DNA of 64,000 nt from Marsupella aquatica (lineage: Eukaryota; Plantae; Marchantiophyta). This document shows, piece after piece, positions 52,130 through 64,000 of this stretch. Position 1 is the first letter of the stretch, and every line of letters starts with the position of its first letter. The position numbers and the translations under genes are program-made. Location of the stretch: assembly GCA_973895155.1 (NCBI GenBank), contig OZ316896.1, positions 4,115,495-4,179,494 on the forward strand. Reading direction: 5' to 3'. The notes beneath the pieces were generated by a model. That model saw nothing but the letters and a program-made list of their open reading frames with translations. It searched no databases and was not told where the DNA came from.

Positions 52130-55100
52130 ATGTCAGCTGGAATACTGAGAAAGGCCGGTTTTAGTCGACTTACGACACAGGCTATGGCCTTCAAGGATAT
52201 GGCGGGAGAAAGGAGCCGCAGGGCAGGGAGTGGCACGTCTGTTGTGTGGTTTAGGAACGACCTGCGTGTTGCTGACAATGAGGCCTTGTTACGGGCCTGG
52301 CAGTCATCAAGTGCCGTACTCCCTGTGTATGTTCTGGATCCGAGACTCTTTGGCACGACACATGTGTTCAAATTGCCGAAAACGGGAGGTAAGTGGGTGT
52401 TGTTTATTGCTTGAGCAAAGCTTTGGATCTTCTTCATTCCCAACTTGTCCTTCTCTCTTTCTCCCACCATCTTTTTGCTGTTGGGGAAGTAAATTTGCTT
52501 TCTCCGAAGATTCACCATGTGACCGAACAAATCTTTCCACAAAGAACTGGTGGCAGCTTTAAAATCAATGTCTTTTGGATGCAGAATTGCGCGCACAGTT
52601 CATTCTGGAGAGTCTGGAGGATTTACGCAAGAACTTACAAGATCGAAACTTAGATCTGGTGATTCGTCTTGGAGTACCTGAAGACGTTGTGTCCGGTATC
52701 GCAGAAGCAGTTGGAGCTCACACTGTAAGCACTTGCTTCTGGCCTCACGAGATCTGATGTTATTGCTAACTAGTAAGAGGTCACGGTTTAGGGTTCAAAT
52801 CTTAAAGCTTCTCTGATCCTAATCTAATTGCATGATGCTTCGTATCGGAATTGAACGTGTTTGTTTCGGGGCAGGTGTATGCACACAAGGAAACTACTAG
52901 TGAAGAGACAACAGTAGAGAAACGCTTGAAGGACCGCCTTGGGAAGGTCGATGTGGGCACCAAGGCTACGGGACTTTCAACACAAGGACGACACCCAAAC
53001 CTGGAGCTTGTTTGGGGCGGGACCCTCCATCATATTGACGACCTCCCGTTCACTCCTAATCAATTGCCTGATGTGTACACTCAATTCAGAAAGGTAGGAT
53101 TTGCTTACTCTGAGGAGTATTTTTGGTTGGCTTATGGTATAGAAAAGTTTCTGTATAGAAAATCGCTTTCGTTGATAATGCTGCTGTTATTTGGTTGAGA
53201 TTGTCAATGTCCTGGCCTCACCTAACATACAAGTATTACAAACTAAATTTGGGGGGTACTCGCAGGCAGTGGAGTCCTCTTCTAGAATCCGTCCTACCTG
53301 TCAATTACCATCCTCTCTTGGACCTCTCCCCGACATAGTAGACAAGATAGGGAACTTTGGACCTATTCCCACATTAGCTGATGTGGGCCTCACTTTTCGT
53401 GAACAGGTATGACCTATCCAAGTGATACTTGCATATCTTCATTCCTCTTTGGGGAGGCCTTTTTATTTTATGGCAAGGACGCGCATATGTTAGCCTCCTT
53501 CATTTCCCTTCATTTTAGTGTTGTGGGTTCCAGATTTTCCGGGCCAGGAGACTCTTTGACTGTGCTAAAAGTGCAAGAAAAGAAGTCACTGATTCGACTA
53601 CTATTATTGCAGGATCCCATGGGAGTGATGAAGTTCAATGGCGGGGAGACTGCTGCCATGGCTCGTCTCAAGGACTACTTCTGGGACAAGGTACGAGTAA
53701 TCTCGAGGCTCCTCTGATCTACTTATTTCTACCTCAATTATAGTTTTCGTAATTGTCCACAATGTTGTGGCTTGTTATATGGAGCTAGGGGCTCGTTCCC
53801 TCTGCTTTCACTTGTAGATAGCATTCCAAGTTGACCAGAAAGAACGCTCACACCTGAAGGATCTCCAATGGGTGATTCAGTATTAGAGTTCCTCTGTGCT
53901 TGTATCTTGTCTGCGAGGAAGCTAACGTCAATTTTCTTTTTTATGAACAGGACAAGGTGCGAGTCTACAAAGAGACTCGAAATGGTATGTTGGGTGCAGA
54001 CTATTCGACAAAATTTTCACCTTGGCTTGCACATGGCTGTATTACTCCTCGAATCATCCATGATGAGGTATGGTCTGATCAGCGTGAAGTTTTTGATAGA
54101 TTTATGATCAAGTTTCTTAAAGCCTAACTCATAGAATTGCTGGCATATGAACGAACAGTGGCACACAAAAAAAGTAATGCTTCTTTTTGGCCTATTTACT
54201 GAATTGCAGCTGCATTGTATCTCCTCGAATACACGCAAAAGAAAGTTAACTTATAGAAGTGCTGCCATATGAACAAACTCTGGCAGACAGAAAAAGTAGC
54301 ACTACTTTTTGGCCTATTTACTTGATTGCAGCTGCATTGTATCTTCTCGAATACATACTGAAGAAAGTAAATGAATGAGATGACTTCATGCTTTGATATT
54401 TCTGTGTGTACATTGAGAAAATGTCTGGAGATGCTTTCTCAAATCAAGACCTCCTTTCGTTGCTTTTGATATGTAAATCTGTCTTGATATGTCCCCGTTT
54501 GTCTCATATTTTGTGTCCGATGGCCTTGCTTGTTCCGCAGTTGAAAAAGTATGAATCGGAGAGAGTGGCCAACCAATCCACCTACTGGTAAGCTACTGCA
54601 CATCCTGTACTTAATTTTGCTTTATCATCACAGGTGATTAACCTCAGCACTTGCTTTCCTAGGATATTTGGCATTTTATCTATACATTATGTGATCGTGG
54701 GGAGAGAGAAACACTTATGATCCGTAGGATCGGGGAATGATTTTCTGAATTGTGTCTGGGGGTTTTAGAGGACAACTTGTAAACTCATTTCTTAAGAGCC
54801 TGGTAAATTTCAGGGTTCTATTTGAACTATTATGGCGAGATTACTTCCGGTTTTTGTCCATCAAGTACGGCAACGCTATCTTTCACCTGGGTAAGCCACT
54901 ATTTGTTTGTACTTTCCGAGGTTGGGTTTCCCTTGTTATTTTGTGCATGTTAATACCCTAGTGGCGAAAGCGAAGATCCTTCATATGCTTTATCTTACTC
55001 AATCAAGAGTTGCTACGAAATGGTCACATTATGTGTTCAAGGAAGTAAACTAGGTTCCAATTTCAGCCTTAATCGACGGTTATGTTTGCTTCACTGGTAT

Positions 55101-55753
55101 GTGTCTCTGCCAGAATTTTCGGGCACACGTTGTGACAAGTTCTGTGAGAGGACATTAGTCTAACACGCTTCTTGTGGTCATCGTTTATCTGGTGGTGGGC
55201 AGGAGGTCCGCGGCAAGTTACTGGGAAGAGTTGGGGTCAAAACAAACTTCTCTTTGATGCATGGCGAGATGGCCAAACAGGATATCCTCTTATCGATGCT
55301 AATATGAAGGAATTGAATAGAACTGGTTTCATGTCCAACCGTGGACGTCAGATAGTCTGTTCCTTCTTGACTAGAGATATGGGGCTTGACTGGCGGCTCG
55401 GGGCAGAGTGGTTTGAGACATGCTTAATTGACTACGATCCCTGTTCCAACTATGGAAATTGGACTTACGGTGCTGGAGTGGGAAATGACCCACGTGAGGA
55501 TCGATACTTCAGCATCCCCAAGCAAGCTCAAAATTATGACCCTGATGGAGAGTATGTAGCACACTGGATTCCTGAGCTGTCGAGTCTCCCCAAAACTGCT
55601 CGTCACAATCCTAGAGATACATATTTGACACCCATTGTTCCATTAAGGCATGGTCGATTTGAGGAAGGAAGCAGGCCGCAACCAGGAGGACAGCGAAGAC
55701 ATCAATCTGGAGGACAGGGCAGATCCCAATTTGGAGGAAGGAACAGACGATGA
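52130..55753 (+). CDS. CRYD: Cryptochrome DASH (CRY3-type photolyase family)
   Basis: Exons 52130-52388, 52585-52724, 52875-53093, 53266-53406, 53613-53690, 53951-54067, 54541-54587, 54814-54890 and 55203-55753. Motifs [62 protein letters not shown] and [22 protein letters not shown]. Confidence 0.95.
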
Positions 55754-56089
55754 ACTGGAGGGTAATGAATCTCCTGATGTTGCACAAGGACCCAGTGTGC
55801 GGAATGCACTTTGAACTATCAAGGCATTTAGCACGAAAGCGCTTTGTTCCCAAGTTTTCCCCATTGGTCTGCACTATTTTTCTTCCACGTTACAACAGTT
55901 ACAAAAGAGTTCGTGAGCGTAATGATCAGGGCAAGAAGTCACTTTTCCAAATTGAATTCGAGGATTACAAGCAACCTCAGCAATTCAAGCAGGTGAAATG
56001 GGATTAACGCAAAAGACGAGAGCTTGACCAGATCAGGATTTCGCGACTTCATTTCTTGGGGTTTGCTGCACTGCTGCAACATGCTTGAC

Positions 56090-56213
56090 CGGTTTTAGAT
56101 GTTCAAAGAATTGCAATTCACAAGGAGTTCCTCGTCACCAGTTCAAGTTACGGTTTTAGATGTTCAAAGAATTGCAATTCACAAGGAGTTCCTCGTCACC
56201 AGTTCAAGTTACG
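56090..56213. repeat. Perfect tandem duplication, 2 x ~61 bp
   Basis: CGGTTTTAGATGTTCAAAGAATTGC...CAGTTCAAGTTA occurs twice. Confidence 0.9.
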
Positions 56214-57101
56214 TGGCCATGGAGGAGAATGTAGACTGGGAGCAGTCAAATTTGAGTGGCCTTCTCCATCTTAATATTCACAGCTCACTCGAAATTGACT
56301 TCATGTTCTAAGTCGTCCAAGTCTAAAGCATAATTACTCTCCATCGTAGGTTTCCACTATGACGGGAAGTTCTATGCTACAAGATCGGACTCCTGGATTC
56401 AGAGTATGAAGATGTAGCATGTAAAACGAGCCAACTGCCATTTCATCCCATACTCAGTTCGCTCTGCTCTGGACGCTTTCACTTGACATTCTGCGGTTCT
56501 CAGCATAGTTGGCACTGATCTCCGACTAGACACTGTAGCTGATACTACTCCTCATATCTTCAGTGTTCAGTGAGCAACAATACGATCTCTGGTTGTTACT
56601 GCAGAGCCAGGCAAGTTCTTTATTTGGCCAGTTCTACTCGACCCTTACTGTTCGGTTCTCATTTTCCTCTTTCGCTGACATCAGTTTCTATGGCCAGCAG
56701 TAATGCTTGAAAGAATAGCATACCAAAAACGGACATGTTGGTTAGTTTTTATGTTACTGCAAAAGAGCATGTTCCTGGCAGACGAGTTTGGTTGAAGAAA
56801 ATAATCAAGTCTCTTGCAAAACAACGAGTATCACTACGAAGACTACCGTAGTTGCCCACTGAGACAACTAGACTCTCAAGTGAAGGAACTTCTGTCCCCT
56901 TAAGTCTACCCAAAAAATCACTTGCAGGGACATCTTCTCAGTCACACGTATCATTCACTGGACTAGCCAAGGCCTCCAACTGTTACGCCACACTGTAGAG
57001 ACCTAGCAGCGGCTTCTATCTTTGCTGAAGCTCATGATGCGCACCGTGGTGAAAGCAGGCACATTTGACCTTCTGTTTTATGCAGTACTTCCGGGCGCGG
57101 C

Positions 57102-57770
57102 CTACTCTGTAAGAAAGACCAGATACTCCTCAATGCTAGGGAGGCTCGCGCTGACACTTGGTCGCGATCGAACTGCATCGTCCCACTTGAAGTATCGGGG
57201 TATCTCATCACGGCCCGGCACGACCAAGCAATCTGCTGGTTCTAGTAATGGAAGGACACCTGCAAATGGAGCCAGCACCACATCCAGAAATCCGAATTGG
57301 TCGCCGGCAAAGAAGGGCCCCTCGGTGGAATAACTATTCATAGCTCCATCCAGCGTTCTGATGAACTTGATGGTGGCGTCCCTTCCTGATTGCTTCTCGG
57401 GGCCATCTGCAGGGACTTTGAAGTACGCGAGGACGGCAGTAAACTCCTTCTGGATGTAATCAGACCAGAAGCGGACCTTGGCTTTCTCATGAGCGTCCTT
57501 GGGCATCAACGGAGCCAGATCCGGCCACGCATCTTCCAGATATTCCAGAATAACCAGCGATTCAGTGACCGCTTTGTTGCCGTGAATCAGAACCGGCACT
57601 TTCATCCAGATGGGATTTGTGACCTTGAGGAGCTCTGGCTTGTTGCTGTAGTCTACAATGATGGATTCGAACGAAATGCCTTTCTCCAACAACGCAATGT
57701 GCACACGTTGCGAGTATGGGCTGCACCTATGGGTGATTATCGTCACCTTCGCCTCCGGTGCCTTCTCCAT
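57102..57770 (-). CDS. Glutathione S-transferase, tau-like, intronless
   Basis: From MEKAPEAK (ATG 57770): SPYSQRVHIALLEKGI, NKPELL..NPIWMKVPVLIH, ESLVILEYLEDAWP, AKVRFWSDY and PFFAGDQFGFLDVV. These are tau-class GST signatures with the catalytic Ser. Confidence 0.88.
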   Translation of the reverse strand: MEKAPEAKVTIITHRCSPYSQRVHIALLEKGISFESIIVDYSNKPELLKVTNPIWMKVPVLIHGNKAVTESLVILEYLEDAWPDLAPLMPKDAHEKAKVRFWSDYIQKEFTAVLAYFKVPADGPEKQSGRDATIKFIRTLDGAMNSYSTEGPFFAGDQFGFLDVVLAPFAGVLPLLEPADCLVVPGRDEIPRYFKWDDAVRSRPSVSASLPSIEEYLVFLTE

Positions 57771-59559
57771 AGGTTGATAGTGTGGACTGTGGACTGTCTT
57801 TGTTTGTCTGAGACAATGTACTTTGGTTGGACTGGATGACGACGATGATGATGCGCACCTGCCTAACAATAAGTGACGCACCCACAGTTCCAATGCAGTT
57901 CAGGTAATGCATTCAGTAAGGTACAGGCCGAAAGAATGAGAAGAAAGAAAGATCACCTCAGTAGGTGATCTAAACTAAGTAATTGTGAATGGAGGAACCA
58001 GAAACCAACAAGTTTGAGAGACTCAAGAGTGGTGAAAGACATTCAGAGTGTATCGTGACTCTGAGCTCTCTTGTTTATATCTCTTGTTTATATAGGTGAG
58101 TGAATTGAGTCCAAGAGTCAATCTAAAAACCTGTTTGAGTGATCTTGGTCTTAGGTGGACTTTTCTAGTCAAGCTCCTCTTGTTAAGACCATTTGCACTC
58201 TCAGATTTAGAGTCTGTTATTTGACTTAGCTTCATGCACTCTCAAATCGAGACTTCTTTTGTTGGCTCAATTTAGCCCAAGAGTCAATCTAGACCGGAAG
58301 GAGTGGTCTGGGTCTGAGTTTTTTTTATTTTATTTTGTTTTTTTTAATTTTTTTTTTTAATAAATGTTAGTTGTCTGGGTCTGAGTTTGAGTCTCAGCTC
58401 AGTCCAACCGTCTATTTAGACCATGAGCGGTCAATTTAGACCATGAGCCTTCATACTCTTAGTTTCAAACTCACTTGGCTTTCTATGTACACCCAAAGGA
58501 GTGGTTTGGGTCTGAGTCAATTGCTTCCATTTTGTGGGATCTACGTAGAATGGTTGTAGAATGGTTTTAGACGGTACTTACTTTGACTGACAGTAATGCA
58601 TTTGAATATCACCTCAAGAGGTGGTCTATATGACATAATGCGTTGTATGAATTGCAGAATGAGAAGAGACCGAGTGTTACTTCCAAAAGACCAACTCTCG
58701 AGGTCTAAATGTTGGCCAAACCTACACCTTACACGCAAGCATCGTGGGGGATCCACTCTAGTCCATGTAGGATTTGAAGTGGCTAAAAGTATGCTCTACA
58801 AAAGCATTTTGGGGGATCCATTTTAGTCCATGCAGGGTTGAGAGATTTTTTGTGCAAGTGACCAAAGTGGACGGTCAGTTGATAGTCGTAACGAAATTTG
58901 AGTAAAATCTTGGAAGCGACAGGGCAAGGTTATCAATTTGTACGGGCGGGACTTTGCATAATTAGATCAAGCTGGAGGACGTCGAGCATGATAGAAAGTG
59001 AGACATGGGCAGCCAAGAACTGTCGAAACAACAAAAACATTCATGGATTGAGTATCATCGATAAGACATACCGGTCTAAGCGTTTCGATTCAGCGGGTTT
59101 AACTGCAAAAGACTCAAAGGTCCGCTCTCAGTCCCTCGACTGCACGCTTCGAATCAACAGTACTGGAAATGAATCTTCGAAATGGTTGTTAAAGATTGAG
59201 TAACATCTCTCCTCTCGATCTGAGTTGTTCATGAGTTTGAGCCCGTGAGGTCTCTCGTTTGTAGGGTGGGAATCCCTGCATGGAACTGACCTGTTGCCGA
59301 GAGGTTTCATACTTATCATCTCGTTGAATGGCGGCGCGCGCACTGGATCGCAGTCTCTGCTCTCGTCAGCAGCAGTCAGACTGGAAATTGCAACATTGGG
59401 TTGACGGGTGCGCATTCGAAGTGTGGGTGCGTACGTCACTTATTATTAGGCAGGGGTGTGGAGCAAAGCTTCGGTAGGCAGTGCATGGTAGCCTGTAAGA
59501 ATGACGTTGTCACCTGGGCTCTCTCACTTCTACGGGAGGAGTGGGACGAACTTCGCTAC

Positions 59560-60110
59560 AGCCTTTGGAATTGGGATGTTGATTCTTCGAAGAGTCAGGA
59601 CTCAGGACCAGTTTAGGCGAGCTTTTCTCTAGGCCTGAGTTTTTTTCGTCTTTGACCTTGAGTATATATCACACTGCACACAGGCACAAAACTCCGAGGC
59701 AGAAACCTCCGAACCAGGAGACATGATCCCAAAGGTAAAGCCACCCAATAAAGCCACCCAATGAAAGGGAGTAAAAGAGGGGCCCTTTGGAATTGGGATG
59801 TTGATTCTTAGAAGAGTCAAGACTCAGGACCAGTTTAGGCGAGCTTTTCTCTAGGCCTGAGTTTTTCGTGTTTGAGCTTGAGTATATATCACACTCCACA
59901 AAGGTAGAAAAGGCCTAACCAGGAGACATGATCCCAAAGACAAAGCAACCCAGACATGATCCCAAAGACAAAGCAACCCAATGAGTTTTTTTTTGTCTTT
60001 GAGCTTGAGTGTATATCACACTCCACAAAGGTAAAAAAAAGGTCTAACCAGGAGACATGATCCCAAAGGCAAAGCAACCCAATGAAGGGGAGGAAAAGAG
60101 TGGAATGTCC
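59560..60110 (-). repeat. Cluster of nested copies of the AGGAGACATGATCCCAAAG repeat family
   Basis: A ~220-bp direct duplication (59562 vs 59784) plus shorter units. This is the reverse complement of the repeat at 4550 and 11555. Confidence 0.75.
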
Positions 60111-62563
60111 CCCAAGAAAAGGGGCCTTGAGTCCCTTTTTGTTCTCTAAGTTGTTGTTCTGGTGTTTTCTCAAGTAAGTTGTTTGTGTAGGGTGTTTTGA
60201 AAGAGCATTCTTTTTCAGGGTTGTGAGGTGCATTTTCACACAATATGGAAATTGTCTACCCCCTAAACCTCCAGTTTTTTTTATGCTGCTATATGGTGAA
60301 ACATCATTTCATGTTTTTTTTGGAATTATTTTTTGGCATTAATATAATTTTTAATGTAGCTAACAATATCAAATGGAAGTGTTCTCTGAATTTTTTTAGG
60401 CCCCTATCATTTTTAAGAAAACCAATGGCAGTCAATTTTAAACTACTCCTTTAAGGAAAAGGAGTGCTCCATGGCACCCCCTTAAAAATCATTTGGGAGA
60501 TCACCTTGTTTCCAGTGCTACAGGTTTTTTTTCTCTTGAGAAATGAAAGTAACACGCCAAGTGTCTTCTCAAATGTGATGAGCCTTAAAAGTGTCTTAAG
60601 GAAAATGGACCCTTCATGACAGCCCCTTCATGCCAATTACCATTTTGGGTAAGTGTCTCAGTACACTAATAATCCAACAACATGATGAGAGAAATGAGGT
60701 CTTCAACAAATTTCCACAGCTTTCAAGGCTACAGTTTTCTAGTGTCACAACAAACCAATGGCATGTCACAACGATATCCTACTGAGTGTAGTGAGCAAAT
60801 CTCTGATGGGGAATTGAACCCCAAACTACAGGTGCAGCCTTCCAAGCATAGAACCCCCCCCCCCCCCCCTAACCTACCCACTATCCCTACACCCAGTCCC
60901 CCATCCCAATACCCCCATCCACTCCAAGCACACAAACAAAAAATTGAAAGAGAATTGAAAAAACTTACCAATTCCTTTGAAAAGGCTCTCTAGCAGGCCC
61001 ATCTCCACTTCAGCGTGCCACAGGAGATCTGGGCTCAGTCTTCATTATGAAAAGAGATTTTCTTATTAAGAAAGTTCCTTTTTTCCTCTCACTTGACTGG
61101 CCCATGTCCTCAAAAACAGCACTTGGAAGTACTTCCTCATCATCACAGGACAATAATACCACCTTTGTCACATCTTCCATATTCTCCATCCCCTTTCTCA
61201 CACTTGCAACAAGTTAATAGTTTCAAGATAATCATGGTTTGGAATCCTCTATCTATCCTTCAAAGGTACATACTCACCAAGGGGATCACCAAATGTTTAC
61301 CCCTGTCAGGAATGATAGACTATATGAAAATGTCATCAAAAGGAGCTCTTCTATCACATTATGTCTTCACTTTCAACCTCTTCAAAGAGCTCCTTTGGGG
61401 CGAGAGCTCTGTCTTTGTACTTATAGCAGTCAATTCTTGGTCCTCTCTAAGTTCAGAATCACTGTGGTATCTTTCCCAACTGCCAGCCCTAGGTTTTTCT
61501 ACAAAAACTTCTTCAATCTCACATTTAGTCACATTACAAGGATCAACAATGCATTTCCAAAGGCATGTCATTCGCGATTTTTCCATGCCCTGTCCATTCA
61601 ATGGTATTATCCAACTAGAAGCAGGTTAAAAAATATCAGACTTAACCATTTCAGTCAATGTAGAGACAATTTAAGTAGCATGCAAAGGTCTTTCAATTCT
61701 ATATTTCTACCAAACATACATTCTCTCTGCAACATTTTTGTTAGTCAATGTCACTTTGGATTTTAGATCAGCACGTCCAAAGATTGATGGAGTGGTTTCC
61801 CTACAATCACACATCTTCATCAGAGATATTCAACATTGCATGCTGCAAGTGAACCATACCCATATCTTTTAAACAATAACCAATCATTCCTTTGAAATTA
61901 AAGTGTGCAGTTGCCAAATAGTAAGATTTTTACATATAACTTTCCTTGCACGATTCATATTTTTCACCCTTGCTAGCCCATATATTTTGTTAGAAGCACA
62001 CCAATAATCTAGCAGATTTTGTTCTGGCCCTCACAACCATTTGCATGTGCAAATGACTCTCTAGTTCTCCTCTCTCTAAATGCTACAAGACCAATATGCA
62101 ATGGTCTCTTATCAATTCATTCATAAGATTCAATACGTCAGCATGAACACCTGCACCAATGTACCCTACTTTAATGCTCATTTCCATGACACTATCCATC
62201 AAAGAGATATCCTTCTCTTGCACAACAACATGAGATTTACGTTTCAAAGAAGCCATGTAAGATGGGCACACAGCTCACGAGAAGTTGCACAAATACAGTC
62301 ACAAAGCTCAAACAAAAACAAAGGATATATATCCTCAGCCTTCACAATAAAATACACCTTCCCTTAGACTCAACAACAACTTTGTCCTTCCCTGTATGCT
62401 CTGTCCGTTCTAGTATTTTTAATAGACCTTCCAAAAGTCTCTTTTCCTTGGCGAAAAAATACCCAACAGAACTCGACGTCTCTAACACAATGAGAGGTTG
62501 TTGCCTCAATGATGTTCTCTAAAATAAAATTACCAATATCTGATGTTATGTAAGGCAAAATAT

Positions 62564-62905
62564 TGTTGAGCATAGACGACAATTGCAACGGTAAGCACAT
62601 GACACATCCAACGATCAAGTAGTCGACACAAGAGATACGTGGTTCATCTCCTCGAGGTTACGTCCATGGGAACACACAAGAGAGCTTATTGAACTCTAAG
62701 CCCATCGGCTAAACCAAGTCTCCACAGTGTAAGCTCTCCTCGTCTCTCAAGTGGCTCCGTAACAATGAGCCTAAGTTCCACTTATCCAAGCAAACACCGC
62801 TTGGCATATAGTGTGCATCCTAGTTAATCTAACCACGTCTCTGACTACGGTTAGCCTAACTATGGTTACATGTCATAACCCTAGACCTTGAGTAAATACC
62901 TAACA
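62564..62905 (-). mobile_element. Solo LTR with 5-bp TSD AATAT (same family as 1839-2182, inverted)
   Basis: TGTTGAG...CCTAACA, with AATAT at 62559-62563 and 62906-62910. Confidence 0.9.
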
Positions 62906-63179
62906 AATATCATAGTCGTGCTTTGGGAGCTGTGGCTCGACACAAGACATTAGGGCCGTAAACTAAGCCAGCAAGTTCAGACGGAGCAAATTCAGGCAAA
63001 GAAATTTCAGACAAAGTCAAACCGTTAGAGGACAAACATTGGCAAAACTCAACCAAAAATAGAGTGATCAAGATTCTTAGAGGAACCATGCATGAATGAA
63101 GGTGACTGTTAGAAGCAAACTTCAAAACCAAGCCAAGAGCATTGTGAGCATTGCACTAACCCTTATGACCAGAACTTAA

Positions 63180-63900
63180 GGAGACAACCATAGCCAAAAG
63201 CAGTGTTGGAGCGTAGGCCAAGCATATTTACAACAATAGCACAGATCGAGCACAATTAGAGCAATATGAACTGATGATGAATGAATGAGAATCAAGCAGA
63301 CAGCCAAACACTGCAAGAGCACTAGACTACAAAAAGGAAGCAGTGAACCGGCTGAGAACAATCCAAGTGGGAGCGATGTTGCTATATTGTGAAATGTCAG
63401 TGAATCAAGCAATCTGAGCCAAACACTGAAGACAACACCAGACAACACCAACCAAGCACTAAAGAAGACACCAGACAACACCACCTTGAGCACTGAAGAG
63501 ACCGATTAAGAGCACTGAATCAGAGAGCCAAGCACCAAGTGAGAACCAAAATTGAGAGCATTGAACAAGAGTGCAGTGATCTGTGCCAAACACTGATGTC
63601 CGAGCACTACAAAAGACACCAGACAGCACTGACCGAGCACTAAAGAAGACCCAAGACAACATTGCTTGAGCAGTGACGAAACTGATCAAGAACACTGAAT
63701 GAGAGAGCCGAGCACCAAGTGAGAACCAATTAAAATGGAAAACACTTACTGAATGAGAGAGTGCAGCACCAAGTGAGAACTGATAACTAAGGAGAGCACT
63801 GGATGAGGGAGCACAACAGGAGAGAGCAGTTCACTGAGTGAGATCACTTCACTGAGACAAGAGGACTGAATGAAAGAGCACAGAATGAGAGTGAGCCAAT
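63180..63900. repeat. Degenerate satellite-like low-complexity array
   Basis: Recurrent GAGCACTGAA, GACACCAGACAACA and GCACCAAGTGAGAAC subunits. The overlapping minus-strand ORFs are low-complexity artefacts. Confidence 0.7.
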
Positions 63901-64000
63901 AAGTAGGCAGTTGTGTCTTGCCCCAACGCCAAATGCAAAGGGTTCCGTCACCAAAACTCCCCAAGACATTTAGGGTTCAAGCAAGACAAAATGGTTCCCA

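Noticed and set aside
18847-55753. Functional cluster of organelle-targeted or nucleic-acid genes (VTE3, PNPase, CRY-DASH, RNase H)
   Set aside because: They share no pathway, have mixed orientations, and unrelated genes are interspersed. This is consistent with ordinary gene order.
60660-62560. Possible decayed transposon coding region (ORFs 61093..61629 and 61239..61766)
   Set aside because: The minus-strand frames are riddled with stops and no diagnostic domain is recognisable by eye. It needs a translated search.

Overview
Eukaryotic nuclear DNA from a land plant. The intron-rich genes and divergent protein sequences suggest a non-seed plant such as a bryophyte, but that assignment is inference. 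I reconstructed five intact spliced genes by hand from GT-AG junctions: VTE3/APG1 methyltransferase (+), CDC20 (-), a SKIP16-like F-box/SMI1-KNR4/ApaG gene (-), mitochondrial PNPase (-) and CRY-DASH (+). There are also two intronless ORFs: a tau-like GST and an RNase H1-like gene with a fungal-type motif pattern, which is a horizontal-transfer candidate and the most unusual item here. Three gene relics are missing or only partly visible in the ORF track: an inverted, split copy of the CDC20 3' end (7.5-10.7 kb), a four-exon 2-oxoglutarate dioxygenase pseudogene (14.1-15.3 kb) and a two-exon CWF19L1/C3H64 fragment just upstream of PNPase. Repeats include two solo LTRs of one family with perfect 5-bp TSDs, a MITE with a 9-bp TSD, LINE-like remnants and several tandem arrays. 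No rRNA, tRNA or CRISPR array was recognised. Family assignments come from remembered motifs, not database searches.
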